Positions 48,249 through 58,294 are shown, numbered from the stretch's first letter. The stretch: DNA of 64,000 nucleotides from Hormoscilla sp. (GCA_051439505.1 JBFRWI010000217.1:14154-78153); one strand, 5' to 3'. The notes: generated by a model from the sequence alone, not told the origin. Made by a program: numbers and translations.

Positions 48249-49352
48249 ATGCTGCAACGAATATATGTACACAACTTCAGATGTCTGGAAAACTTTGAAC
48301 TGACTCTCAAGGATATGTCATCGGCGCTGTTAATCGGCAAAAATGGCACGGGTAAATCAACCATTGCCAGTGCCTTAGAAGTGCTTCAGAGTATCGGTCG
48401 AGGCATAAATAGAGTTGGAGAACTCGTGCAATCAAAGGATTTCGCTCGTGGCAGAGATGATGTGCCGATCCGCTTGGAAATAGAAGTATTGCTTGATGAG
48501 AAATTATACAAATATGTCATTGCGTTTGAGTCACGTGAAAAATTGAGAGAACTGCGAGTTTGCGAAGAGCAACTTCTAGTTGAAGAAAATAAAATTTACT
48601 CTCGCAAAGAAGCTCAAGTTACTCTTCATAGGAGTTCGCGAAATCCTGAAGATCAGTTTCTGGTGGATTGGCATCTTGTGGCCCTAACAGTAATTCAAGA
48701 GCGATCCCAAACCGATCCACTTCATATTTTCAAGACTTGGCTGGCACGCATGATTATTTTAGCGCCAATACCAAGCTTAATGACCGGAAATTCCCATGGC
48801 GAGACTTTGGAGCCAAAGGGAGATGGTTCCAACTTTGGGGAGTGGTTTGCTGGGTTACTCAGTCGCTATCCCGCTGCCTATACTCAGGTGGATGGATATC
48901 TCCGAGAAATTATGCCTGACATTAAAGATTTTCAGAATGAAATTATCGGCAAAGAATTCAAAAGCACGATCGTTAGTTTTGAAGAAAACAGTGCCAAGCT
49001 GAGCGTTTACTTTAAAGACTTATCTGATGGTAAAAAATGGTTTTTTCTCGGTGCTTTTGTCTTAGCTGCCAATAAATCATATGGACCGCTTTTTTGCTTT
49101 TGGGATGAGCCGGAAAACTATCTTTCCCTATCAGAGGTGGGACATTTTGTCATATCATTGCGACGCTCATTTAAGAATGGCGGACAAATTTTAGTGACAT
49201 CTCATAATCCTGAAGCCATCCGAAAATTTTCAGATGAAAATACCTTCGTGCTTCATCGGAAAAGTCACTTAGAGCCAACTTTGCTCGAACTGCTCAGCGA
49301 TATTTATATTAGAGGCAATCTTGTGGATGCCTTAATTCGTGGTGATGTATAA
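48249..49352 (+). CDS. Soluble ABC-class (AAA_21-like) ATPase
   Basis: NFRCL, Walker A GKNGTGKS, signature LSDG, Walker B FWDEPEN and H-loop VTSHN; no TM segments. Confidence 0.85.
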   Translation: MLQRIYVHNFRCLENFELTLKDMSSALLIGKNGTGKSTIASALEVLQSIGRGINRVGELVQSKDFARGRDDVPIRLEIEVLLDEKLYKYVIAFESREKLRELRVCEEQLLVEENKIYSRKEAQVTLHRSSRNPEDQFLVDWHLVALTVIQERSQTDPLHIFKTWLARMIILAPIPSLMTGNSHGETLEPKGDGSNFGEWFAGLLSRYPAAYTQVDGYLREIMPDIKDFQNEIIGKEFKSTIVSFEENSAKLSVYFKDLSDGKKWFFLGAFVLAANKSYGPLFCFWDEPENYLSLSEVGHFVISLRRSFKNGGQILVTSHNPEAIRKFSDENTFVLHRKSHLEPTLLELLSDIYIRGNLVDALIRGDV

Positions 49353-49354
49353 TT

Positions 49355-49840
49355 ATGAGCATAAATAAGTATAGGCCGCAGCTGCTTGTGTTACCAGAGG
49401 ATGATGCTAATCGTCAGATTGCCAACGGATTTATTCTCCATCCAAACTTGAATAGCCGTGCTATTCAAGTCCTGCCCCCCTCTGGAGGCTGGAAAAAAGT
49501 TCTGGATGATTTCCAGAAGGTTCATGCCCTGGAAATGCAAAACATTCCCCATAGAATGATTCTTTTACTTATTGATTTCGATCGGGATGAAGATCGATTG
49601 AGTTATGTAGAGAGCAAAATTCCAGAAGAACTAAGAGATCGGGTATTCGTTCTCGGTGTTCTATCTGAACCAGAGAGTTTAAGGAGCGACATCCAAAGGA
49701 ATTGGGAAGAAATTGGAGAAGCACTGGCAAAAGATTGTTCCGACAATAGGAATGAATTATGGGGACACAATCTTCTCAAACACAACAGAACCACTTTAGA
49801 TCGGATGATTTTATCTGTCAAACCATATCTGTTTAATTAA
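49355..49840 (+). CDS. Small TOPRIM-like protein coupled to the ATPase
   Basis: LLVLPED, GGW and LLLIDFD give the E...G...DxD pattern; it starts 2 nt after the ATPase stop. Confidence 0.6.
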   Translation: MSINKYRPQLLVLPEDDANRQIANGFILHPNLNSRAIQVLPPSGGWKKVLDDFQKVHALEMQNIPHRMILLLIDFDRDEDRLSYVESKIPEELRDRVFVLGVLSEPESLRSDIQRNWEEIGEALAKDCSDNRNELWGHNLLKHNRTTLDRMILSVKPYLFN

Positions 49841-50054
49841 ATCATAGGTGTGGGGTACAACCTACGGACCGACAACCGTAACAGCGAAGTGTGTGAGAAA
49901 ATCGAGTTTGGGGGGGCGACTGGGAACGGCACAAAGCCAAATCGCGGTTTATAATATGTACAGGGGATTTGATCGGACGATACCAGTGGGAATGTTTTTG
50001 ATATTCATCTGTTGCTGTAACGTTATTATTTAAAACTGAAAAGGAGAAAGACTG

Positions 50055-50306
50055 ATGATCCAACCTGCTATTTTGGAAAAATTAGAGAGTCTTCCTGAAT
50101 CTCTACAATTGAAAGTATTACAGTATATTGATTCTTTGATAGAAAATCGCGAACAATATATGGCTAAAGGCCACCCGGCTGCAAACCAGCCTACGGAACA
50201 AGAAACGCCTCCTAAAAAGTATCGCGTTGCCGGAACGATGAAAGGGATGATTATCATGTCAGATGATTTTGATGAACCCCTTGAAGACCTCAAAGACTAT
50301 ATGTAA
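50055..50306 (+). CDS. DUF2281-type antitoxin
   Basis: LESLPESLQ...GTMKG.I.MSDDFDEPLED. Confidence 0.8.
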   Translation: MIQPAILEKLESLPESLQLKVLQYIDSLIENREQYMAKGHPAANQPTEQETPPKKYRVAGTMKGMIIMSDDFDEPLEDLKDYM

Positions 50307-50321
50307 TGGACTTGACAGTTT

Positions 50322-50708
50322 ATGCTGCTAGATACCCATGTATTGCTCTGGTTCCTTGATAATAACCCTAGACTCCCAAAGTCGATTAAAGAAAATATAG
50401 AAAACACGGAATCTGTATTTGTCAGTATTGCTTCAATTTGGGAAATATCTATCAAGGTTAATATTGGGAAGTTAACACTGACAACGCCTTTACAAATGAT
50501 TAGGGTTAATATGAGGGCATTAAATATCCAGGAATTACCTATTACATTTGAAGATGCAATAACTTATGCTTCACTTCCCTTAACTTCTAAGCATCGCGAT
50601 CCATTCGATCGCATTTTAGTTGCCCAAGCAATGAATCGATCGTTGTCTTTGGTGAGTGCCGATACAAAATTTGATACTTATTCAATTAGCCGGGTGTGGG
50701 ATGGATAA
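50322..50708 (+). CDS. PIN-domain (VapC) toxin
   Basis: LLDTHVLLW, SIWEI and HRDPFDRIL. Confidence 0.9.
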   Translation: MLLDTHVLLWFLDNNPRLPKSIKENIENTESVFVSIASIWEISIKVNIGKLTLTTPLQMIRVNMRALNIQELPITFEDAITYASLPLTSKHRDPFDRILVAQAMNRSLSLVSADTKFDTYSISRVWDG

Positions 50709-50744
50709 TTGAGATGGACAAGCTTTGCTTATCCATCCAAAAAC

Positions 50745-51569
50745 TTATCGAATGGCGGCGGCGATCAAACGCTCCCAAGCCCAGTCTGGCAGCAGCCAAC
50801 GCAGAAATATAAGCAGTTTGGCATCCTGAGGTGTAGCGTATCGTCTTTTGGGATTGCGACTGTTCACAGCCAGTGAAACTGCTTTGGCCACCACATCGGG
50901 ACTGGAAGCATTCGGGTAATCGCTGAGTCCTTTTGCCATGGGTTCGGCCATGGCACTGTAAACCGATCCTTTGGAAGTATCTCGTAAGGTCTGGGCGGCG
51001 ATGCTGGACCATTCAGTTTGAATTGCCCCGGGTTGCACGACCACCACTCGAATGCCAAAGGGTTTTGTTTCTACCCGCAACGCATCGGATAAAACCTCCA
51101 GCGCATGTTTCGTCGCGTAATACCAACCCCCGATCGGGGTCCAAATTCGTCCACCCATGGAACTGATATTGACGATCGTACCCGATCGGGCCTCACGCAT
51201 TGCGGGCAGAACCAGTTGCGTTAGCCGTATTAATCCGAAAATATTCACTTCAAATTGTCGCTTCGCCTCTGGCAGGGGCACATCTTCGATCGCCCCATAG
51301 GATCCGTAACCGGCGTTATTCACCAGTGCATCAATTCGCCCCTCTGTAGAGAGTAATGTTTGCACGGCGCTTGTCATGCTGGCTTCATCCGTCACATCCA
51401 GAGGCAGGATTTTAGCCCCCGCAGCGGCGATATCAGCCATTTTCTCTACTCGCCGCGCTGCACCATAAACTATCCAGCCATCTTTGAGAAGTTGCTGTGC
51501 GATCGACTTACCGATCCCGGACGAAGCGCCCGTAACCAAGGCAACTTTTTCTTTGGAAGCACTCGACAT
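50745..51569 (-). CDS. Short-chain dehydrogenase/reductase
   Basis: TGASSGIG, NNAG and YYATK. Confidence 0.92.
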   Translation of the reverse strand: MSSASKEKVALVTGASSGIGKSIAQQLLKDGWIVYGAARRVEKMADIAAAGAKILPLDVTDEASMTSAVQTLLSTEGRIDALVNNAGYGSYGAIEDVPLPEAKRQFEVNIFGLIRLTQLVLPAMREARSGTIVNISSMGGRIWTPIGGWYYATKHALEVLSDALRVETKPFGIRVVVVQPGAIQTEWSSIAAQTLRDTSKGSVYSAMAEPMAKGLSDYPNASSPDVVAKAVSLAVNSRNPKRRYATPQDAKLLIFLRWLLPDWAWERLIAAAIR

Positions 51570-51752
51570 AGGAATCTCCTAGCCTGATTATCCACTTTAG
51601 TATAGTCGTCTCATTGTCTAATGGGCGATCGAGGGACATAAATTGCTCGCTATCGCGGTTTACGATCTGTACGCATTATTTTATCGAACGGGTAATATCA
51701 GTGGGAATATTTGCGCTCTCAAGATGGCGGTTGCTGTAATGTTCTGAATCAA

Positions 51753-51919
51753 ATTACATTTGAAGATGCAATAACTTATGCTTCACTTCCCTTAAATTCC
51801 AACCCGATCCGATCGAGAGCGATCGCATTTTAGTTGCTCAAGCAATGAATCGCTCATGGTCTTTGGTGAGTGCCGATACCAAACTTGATAGTTATGCAAT
51901 TGGGCGGGTGTGGGGATGA
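51753..51919 (+). pseudogene. Degenerate duplicate of the 3' half of the PIN gene (50541-50700)
   Basis: Near-identical DNA (ATTACATTTGAAGATGCAATAACTTATGCTTCACTTCCCTTAA...), with the HRDPFD region disrupted. Confidence 0.85.
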
Positions 51920-52280
51920 ACAAAGCAAATATTTTTACTTGACTCTACAAGACTAGCAAACGGGATCTCCCAGTTGGGGCGATCGCTCCACAGCCATCAC
52001 CGGCGGTGAACGGACAACCGCAACAGCAGCTTACCAAAGCCTGCCGGTAGTCTCGATGCACAAACAGCCGCCTCATTGGAGGAAGTGCTCCGGTGGACCG
52101 GTGGTCCTCAAAAGAAATATCGCTGTTGCCTCGGCGGTGGACAGCCAGTCAATTTTGTCGCGCCAACCCTCGACAGGGCAAGGGTTTCTGACGATCGAGC
52201 GGCAGCAGGGCCCTATCCCAGTATAGCCATGATTCGGCTCATGCTACGCCGACAAATTGGACAGGACAAATTTAGACTAA

Positions 52281-52362
52281 TGCGGATGAAAGGACTTGAA
52301 CCTTCACGTCATAAGACACTAGAACCTAAATCTAGCGCGTCTACCAATTCCGCCACATCCGC
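52281..52362 (-). tRNA. trnL: tRNA-Leu (anticodon TAG)
   Basis: GCGGATGTGGCGGAATTGGTAGACGCG-CTAGA-TTTAGGT-TCTAG...GGTTCAAGTCC-TTTCATCCGCA, with a long variable arm. CCA is not encoded. Confidence 0.97.
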
Positions 52363-52372
52363 AGCTATCTAT

Positions 52373-52402
52373 AAGGTAGCACTCAACAACCTCTACTGTC
52401 AA
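52373..52402 (-). promoter_or_regulatory. Putative tRNA promoter
   Basis: TTGACA-18-TACCTT with a TGn extension, 10 nt upstream of the tRNA. Confidence 0.55.
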
Positions 52403-52804
52403 GTTTTTTTGGTGATGGCATCTTTTTTTGTTGGCGTTGCACGACGACACCGATCGTGCTTGAGCCACGAAAGCTTGTCATCATAGTTGATAATGACTTG
52501 TGACAACTTAAAAAAAAGAGATGACAAGGATCGTCCCCAAAATGTGCAAAGCCCTGAACTGTTAGCAGTTTTTCACTGCCGAGATTTCATCTACCAGCAG
52601 GATCCTGCCCTTGCTTACAGAACGCAACATGCGATCGATCGCGTCTTGGGAGTCTTGAGAAGTGAATCTGAGAAATCTCTACTCCCGATCTAAGTGAAAA
52701 TTCTAGGATTGTGGTGAGTCAGCCCACGATCCGCTTGCGCTCGTCACTGACTGCTTCAGGTGAAGGATACACTAAGCTTGAATTCATAAGACAAATTCCG
52801 GCCT

Positions 52805-53374
52805 ATGTACATATCTACCGATAAACTGATGCATTTTGTGGTTGGCCTAGCTGTGGCTGTGGGGTTTTGGCAGCTAACCGAACGCTACGCCCCAGCTGGG
52901 GTGCGCCGAGTTAACCCCATCTGGTTCTTCGTTATGTTAATTTGGGGGGCAAGTGGCTTGTTCATTTTCCGCAAGCTGCATGTCCCGGTTTTGTCTGGTG
53001 ACCTCTTTTATATGGCAGTGCCAGATTGGGATATTCCTTTATATAACTGGACCAGATGGAGATTCCTGCTGCACCGCAGCTGGATGTTTCACTCTGTGTT
53101 GCTGCCAGTCGGTTTGCTGTTCGTTAGCTTATGGAAGATGCATCCCAGCAGGTCGCCAGCCTGGAAATGGTTACGAGATGGGGCATTTGGTCTCTCTGTA
53201 GGTATGTCGGCGCATTTGCTGTGGGATGCACTGTACTCGATGACCAAACGGGGCTTTTTCATTCACGGTTGGAACCAGTCTACTTCCCTCGCTTGGTTGG
53301 GACTAAATTTGATTTTAGGGCTGGGTGTGCCTTTTATTGTGATGTGGGGGATGGACTCCCGACCGAGAAATTGA
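52805..53374 (+). CDS. Membrane-bound metal-dependent hydrolase-like protein (YdjM-like)
   Basis: H...PDWD...HRSWMFHS...SAHLLWD in a multi-TM protein. Confidence 0.65.
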   Translation: MYISTDKLMHFVVGLAVAVGFWQLTERYAPAGVRRVNPIWFFVMLIWGASGLFIFRKLHVPVLSGDLFYMAVPDWDIPLYNWTRWRFLLHRSWMFHSVLLPVGLLFVSLWKMHPSRSPAWKWLRDGAFGLSVGMSAHLLWDALYSMTKRGFFIHGWNQSTSLAWLGLNLILGLGVPFIVMWGMDSRPRN

Positions 53375-53522
53375 GGCGATCGCCCCTTTCGGCACGATGG
53401 CCATAATTGATTATGGGGCGATGCCTCTCGGGTAGTGCGAATAGCGCTTCCGAGAGGCTGTGAGCGGCGCTACAGTTTTTCCCAACATTACACTGAGCTT
53501 GAAACCATACTCTACTCGAACT

Positions 53523-54095
53523 ATGATATCTACCGAGCAATTCATATATTTCGTAATTGGGCTAGCTGCTGGCATCGGATTTTGGCAATTATCGAAACGC
53601 TATGCCCCAGCGGGAATGCGCCAAATTAACCTCATCTGGTTCTTTGTGATGCTAATCTGGGGAGCCAGTGGCTGGTTCTTTTTCCGCAAACTGGGTGTGC
53701 CGATTTTGTCCGATGACCTCTTTTATCTGCCAGTGCCAGACTGGGATGTGCGTCTGTATCAATGGACAAAATGGAATTTTCTCTATCACCGCAGTTGGCT
53801 GTTTCACTCGGTTTTGCTACCGATCGGTTTGCTGTTCGCCAGCTTGTGGGGGATGCATCGCAGCAGCAAGCGAGCCTGGAAATGGCTGCGAGATGGGGCG
53901 ATCGGACTTTCTGTGGGCATGTCAGCTTATTTGCTGTGGGATACACTTCACTCAATGGCTACATACCGCCGGGGATTTTACATTTATGGTTGGAACCAGT
54001 CTACTTCCCTCGTCTGGTCGGGACTAAACCTGATATTAGGACTAGGGGTCCCTTTTTTGGTGATTTGGAGGCTGAATTCCCGACCGAGAAATTGA
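53523..54095 (+). CDS. Tandem paralogue of the preceding membrane protein with two His->Tyr changes
   Basis: Colinear with 52805..53374. PDWD and HRSWLFHS are kept, while MHF->IYF and SAHLLWD->SAYLLWD. Confidence 0.65.
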   Translation: MISTEQFIYFVIGLAAGIGFWQLSKRYAPAGMRQINLIWFFVMLIWGASGWFFFRKLGVPILSDDLFYLPVPDWDVRLYQWTKWNFLYHRSWLFHSVLLPIGLLFASLWGMHRSSKRAWKWLRDGAIGLSVGMSAYLLWDTLHSMATYRRGFYIYGWNQSTSLVWSGLNLILGLGVPFLVIWRLNSRPRN

Positions 54096-54190
54096 GGCGA
54101 TCGCGTGGTTGAGGGTATCTGGTTTGCAGTCTCAGACTCAAAGAGTTAAAACCGCTACCACCTCAAAGATAAATCGTCACTTCATAAGAT

Positions 54191-56650
54191 ATGAATAACT
54201 CTGATGTCAAGCACATGTCGGGTCTACAAGGATTGAGCGATCGCGAGGTAGTCTCACGCCGTGCAGCGGGCCAGGGCAATAATGTCAAGTTGTCAACTAG
54301 CCGTTCCTATGGCCAGATTTTGCGGGAGAACCTGTTTACCTTCATCAACGCGGTTTTCCTGACCATCGGCGTGGTACTGATCAAGCTACAACATTTCGGC
54401 GATGCGTTCCTGGTAGTGGTGGTCATCCTGGGGGGTGTAGTCGCGAACGTAGTTCAGGAGATGGCGGCGAAACGCAAACTGGATCAGATCGCCTTACTGT
54501 TCCGCCCCAAAGTGACTGTCATCCGTTCTGGACGAGAGCAAAGCATCGATCCGAGCGAAATTGTACTGGGAGATCTACTCTATATCTCCCCGGGAGATCA
54601 GATTATGGTGGATGGACAGGTCGTTGGTTCCGGGCCCATGGAGGTGGACGAGTCTCTGCTGACTGGCGAGTCAGACCTGATTGCCAAACAAGCTGGAGAT
54701 CCAGTTTATTCTGGCAGCTTCTGTGTCAATGGCAGTGCCTACTGCGAGGCTCAAAAAGTGGGCACCCAGAGTCGGGCTTATCAATTGACAGTCGGGGCCC
54801 GGGCCTTTCGCCAGATGCAGACCCCGCTTCAGCAGGAAATCAACCTGATGATTCGGGTATTTGTGTTAGTGGCCTGCTTTCTGTGGATTTTAGTTGCCAT
54901 TCCGACGGCGATCGATATCATCTCCTTCGCCGATGGCGTGCAGAGAGCAGCGGTGATCGCCGGGTTAGTGCCCAGCGGGCTGTACATGACCATCATCCTC
55001 GCCTACACCCTGGGGGCGTTACGGATGGTAGGGCAGCAGGTGCTGATCCAGCAGGCGAACGCAGTAGAGTCATTGAGCAATGTGAACGTGCTCTGTCTGG
55101 ACAAAACAGGCACCCTGACTGCTAACCGGATTAAGCTAGATGCTGTTTACCCCATTGGCATCAGTGAGCGGGAACTGCGGGGACTCTTGGGTGATTATGC
55201 CGCTAGCACTACCACGAAAAACCGCACCACTGAAGCTATTGATGAAGCTTGTCCGGGACGCGAGAGAGTTGTCGAAGCCGAGGTTCATTTCTCTTCCGCC
55301 CGCAAGTGGAGTGCCCTGACTTTTGACAACGGCGTCTACGTCCTGGGGGCTCCGGAAATGCTGGCTACTGCTGTCCGTTTGAACGGAGAACTGACAGCAC
55401 AGATCGAGACATTGGCGGAACAGGGGTGGCGCGTGCTCCTGTTTGCTTACAGTGCTGAGATTACCTCTATTAAAAATGTGGCCGACCAACCCTGCTTGCC
55501 CGAGCATCTCACTCCCCTGGGGATACTGAGCTTTAGCGACGAGTTGCGTCCCGAAGCCCGCAAAACTATCGATCGCTTTGGGTCGGCGGGCATTGAGGTG
55601 AAAATTATCTCCGGTGACAACCCGCAAACGGTGGCGGCCTTGGTGAGACAGATGGGACTAAACCAACCTACCGAAATCATCTCGGGACCGGAGTTGGCCC
55701 AGATGGATGAGGCCCAGTTCACCCAGGCTGCCCTTAAGGGTACGATCTTTGGTCGGATAGTCCCCGAGCAAAAAGCCAAGCTGGTGCAGACTCTGCGCCA
55801 GGAGGGAAATTACGTGGCCATGATCGGGGATGGGGTGAACGATGTCCTGTCCCTCAAGCAGGCGAACTTAGCTATTGCCATGGAAAGCGGTAGTAAGGCT
55901 ACCCGGAATGTAGCTGATATTGTCTTGCTGAAGGATTCCTTTGGAACTTTACCCTATACTTTCCTGGAAGGACAGCGCATCCGCAATGGCATTCAGGATG
56001 TGATGAAGCTGTTTATGGTGAGACTGTTTTCCGTGACCCTGCTAATTTTTTCTACGGGTTTGGTCAGTTTCACCTTTCCGCTGCTGAACAAGCATAGCGC
56101 TGTGGTCACTATCCTGGGGTTGGCGTGGCCGAGCTTTAGTATTCCCCTTTGGGCAAAGCCGGGACATCTACCCCAGCGCAGCATGATGCGATCGCTGCTT
56201 CATTTTACCCTGCCAGCGACCTTAAGCCTAAGCTTGGTAGCTTTGGGAGTATATTTGGGCTACTTGGTGGCTGCGATTTTTCAGGCTTCTGCTGACTCTG
56301 GATGGATGCTAGACGATCGGCTGCTGTCAGTTCCCCGCAGCGCTTTGGTGACAATATTGGTATTGTGCGGGCTGCTGCTGATGCCTTTTCTCAAGCCCCC
56401 CACGAGAGTATGGGTAGGGGGCGAACCCCTGAGTGGGGACTGGCGCTATTCGATCGTCGCTTCGATCCTGATCGGGATCTATGGGATCATTTTGGCTGTG
56501 AAGCCCCTGCGGGAATTTTTCGATCTGTCCCTGCTGAGCCCGATCGACTATTTGTTCTTAGGTTTGATATCACTGATCTGGTGTTTATTGCTGCGCTATG
56601 TCTGGCGATCCCGACTTTTGGACCGCTTCCTCGGCATTGACTTGAGCTAA
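54191..56650 (+). CDS. P-type cation-transporting ATPase (CtpE-like)
   Basis: TGES, DKTGTLT, SGDN and GDGVND. Confidence 0.92.
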   Translation: MNNSDVKHMSGLQGLSDREVVSRRAAGQGNNVKLSTSRSYGQILRENLFTFINAVFLTIGVVLIKLQHFGDAFLVVVVILGGVVANVVQEMAAKRKLDQIALLFRPKVTVIRSGREQSIDPSEIVLGDLLYISPGDQIMVDGQVVGSGPMEVDESLLTGESDLIAKQAGDPVYSGSFCVNGSAYCEAQKVGTQSRAYQLTVGARAFRQMQTPLQQEINLMIRVFVLVACFLWILVAIPTAIDIISFADGVQRAAVIAGLVPSGLYMTIILAYTLGALRMVGQQVLIQQANAVESLSNVNVLCLDKTGTLTANRIKLDAVYPIGISERELRGLLGDYAASTTTKNRTTEAIDEACPGRERVVEAEVHFSSARKWSALTFDNGVYVLGAPEMLATAVRLNGELTAQIETLAEQGWRVLLFAYSAEITSIKNVADQPCLPEHLTPLGILSFSDELRPEARKTIDRFGSAGIEVKIISGDNPQTVAALVRQMGLNQPTEIISGPELAQMDEAQFTQAALKGTIFGRIVPEQKAKLVQTLRQEGNYVAMIGDGVNDVLSLKQANLAIAMESGSKATRNVADIVLLKDSFGTLPYTFLEGQRIRNGIQDVMKLFMVRLFSVTLLIFSTGLVSFTFPLLNKHSAVVTILGLAWPSFSIPLWAKPGHLPQRSMMRSLLHFTLPATLSLSLVALGVYLGYLVAAIFQASADSGWMLDDRLLSVPRSALVTILVLCGLLLMPFLKPPTRVWVGGEPLSGDWRYSIVASILIGIYGIILAVKPLREFFDLSLLSPIDYLFLGLISLIWCLLLRYVWRSRLLDRFLGIDLS

Positions 56651-56698
56651 ATTACTACCATAGGGAGCGAATATTGGGAAGACTACAGGAGATAGAAA

Positions 56699-57058
56699 AT
56701 GCAAAAAAGTAGAAGCTACCAAGAATATCTGATTGAATCACTCAAAGAACCTTTAGAAGCAGCGGGTTATCTCTGGGCAATCTTACAAGCAGAAGACCCG
56801 GAACCGGAACTGCTGCTGCTAGAACTTAAAGATGTAACTTTAGCTTTGGGTGAATTGCATATGTCCCCAGAACAAGCTAAACTGCATGAAGAAAAACTAT
56901 ATGAATTGTTGGGAAAACTCGGCAGCGATGCTATTTATAGTTTAGCAGATTGGCTCAAACCTCTAGGATTAGAATTAACTGTTACTGTGCGGGAAAAGGC
57001 GGACAATAATGATGCAATTTATTCTCATTCAGAATTAGAGCTGTTGCCAACTATATGA
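56699..57058 (+). CDS. Antidote/DNA-binding-like hypothetical protein
   Basis: SYQEYLIESLKEPLEAAGYL...LGLELTV pattern of addiction-module antidote proteins; no adjacent toxin. Confidence 0.5.
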   Translation: MQKSRSYQEYLIESLKEPLEAAGYLWAILQAEDPEPELLLLELKDVTLALGELHMSPEQAKLHEEKLYELLGKLGSDAIYSLADWLKPLGLELTVTVREKADNNDAIYSHSELELLPTI

Positions 57059-57098
57059 GGCGATCTGGGAGTTAACCAAAAAAGAGATCGCCCAAATA

Positions 57099-57617
57099 TC
57101 ATCTATTTTTCAACTCCCATTCTTCACCTCCTGGCAAGTTAGTTAACTGTTCATCAATGATATCTGGTAACTCCTTGACTGAATGATTGTAAGTCAGAGC
57201 AAGTAATTGATTCGCCGCTGATATCAACTGCGTTTTATCTATTCTATCTGCAAGTTTAGATCGATTTAGTTTTCCATTCATAACTTCCATACTTGCTGGA
57301 CGAATTGCTAATTCAATTGCTTTTTCCAGAAATGTATCCCATTCATCAGGCTTGATGTAATAAGATGTTTGATTCTCTTTGAGATTTAAATCTTGGATCT
57401 CAAAGATAGAACCTTCAATTGAAGCCGCCCAAGAATTGGTTAAGCGCTGCTCAACTTGGTTTTTAATCAAGTGAATCATCATCCTGATTAAAAATGATTG
57501 GATATTCCGCAGAATTGCTTTTTTACTCATGCCTTCTAGTTCATCCACAATTAGTAAAGCATCGTCATATCGTTCCTCCAATATGCTAGTTCTCAGGTCT
57601 ATTAGTTCCTGTGTCAT
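57099..57617 (-). CDS. DUF29-like protein
   Basis: ELEGMSK and HLIKNQVEQRLTNSW. Confidence 0.75.
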   Translation of the reverse strand: MTQELIDLRTSILEERYDDALLIVDELEGMSKKAILRNIQSFLIRMMIHLIKNQVEQRLTNSWAASIEGSIFEIQDLNLKENQTSYYIKPDEWDTFLEKAIELAIRPASMEVMNGKLNRSKLADRIDKTQLISAANQLLALTYNHSVKELPDIIDEQLTNLPGGEEWELKNR

Positions 57618-57808
57618 GGTTTTTCCCTCTCGCTGCATCGGATATTTATATTATAGGATATTTAGGGGTGCGATCGCCCAAATCATCCTCAATATTAAAA
57701 CTCACCGGATGGCAAATTAGTTAACTGCGCGTCCATCATCTCTTATAACTCTCTTGCTGAAGAAGTATATGTCAGAGATAGTAGCTTAGTGGCAGTCAAT
57801 ATTAGCTG
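57606..57808. repeat. Direct repeat of 58386-58597 (about 200 bp)
   Basis: Identical TTCCTGTGTCATGG...GCGATCGCCCAAAT, continuing into a decayed copy of the 3' end of the 58463 gene. Confidence 0.9.
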
Positions 57809-58053
57809 TAAACATCCCCACGCGGACCAATCAGAGTTACAATATATAACTCGTTCTTTATGTCCTCGAAAAACAGCACCCGATATTTCCCCACCCGCAA
57901 CCGTAACTCAGTCCGACCTTTAAGAGGTTTAATATCAAGCATTTCTGAATCGGTAATTAAAGCATCCAAAGCATTAACAATACGCACTTGCTCCTCTGGT
58001 TGCATTCGCTCTAAGTAGCGTTCTGCTGCTTTGAGTAAAATGTAATCAGCCAT
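57802..58053 (-). CDS. RelE/ParE family toxin
   Basis: DIKPLKG..ELRLRVGKYRVLF...IGPRGDVY; ATG 58053 overlaps the antitoxin stop. Confidence 0.88.
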   Translation of the reverse strand: MADYILLKAAERYLERMQPEEQVRIVNALDALITDSEMLDIKPLKGRTELRLRVGKYRVLFFEDIKNELYIVTLIGPRGDVYS

Positions 58054-58294
58054 TTTTTTCTCCAAACAACTTCTTTTTGAGTTCTTTTGAAGATATACCC
58101 CGATCGCGACCGGTGAGGTAATCTTGCCATGCTGCTTCGCTTTCTGCGATCTCTTCGGGTGGGATAAGTTCTTCGGAGTCACCTTCAACTTCTACCGGGA
58201 GACGAACTATTGTTTTTAATTCGTCCAGCAACCGAGTTTGATCTGGGAACGGGAGGCGTTTAACTTCAGACAGCACCTCTTCATAAGTAAGCAT
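58046..58294 (-). CDS. Antitoxin partner of RelE
   Basis: Acidic 82-aa protein overlapping the toxin start. Confidence 0.7.
   Translation of the reverse strand: MLTYEEVLSEVKRLPFPDQTRLLDELKTIVRLPVEVEGDSEELIPPEEIAESEAAWQDYLTGRDRGISSKELKKKLFGEKNG

Noticed and set aside
48100..52362. tRNA-Leu-anchored integrative island
   Set aside because: No integrase, and I found no duplicated tRNA 3' end. The 10-bp match TGCGGATGAA at about 40926 is within a CDS and is expected by chance.
52076..52486. 136-aa ORF
   Set aside because: It overlaps the tRNA antisense. Only LEEVLRWTGG hints at an AAA-like gene remnant, which is too short to call.
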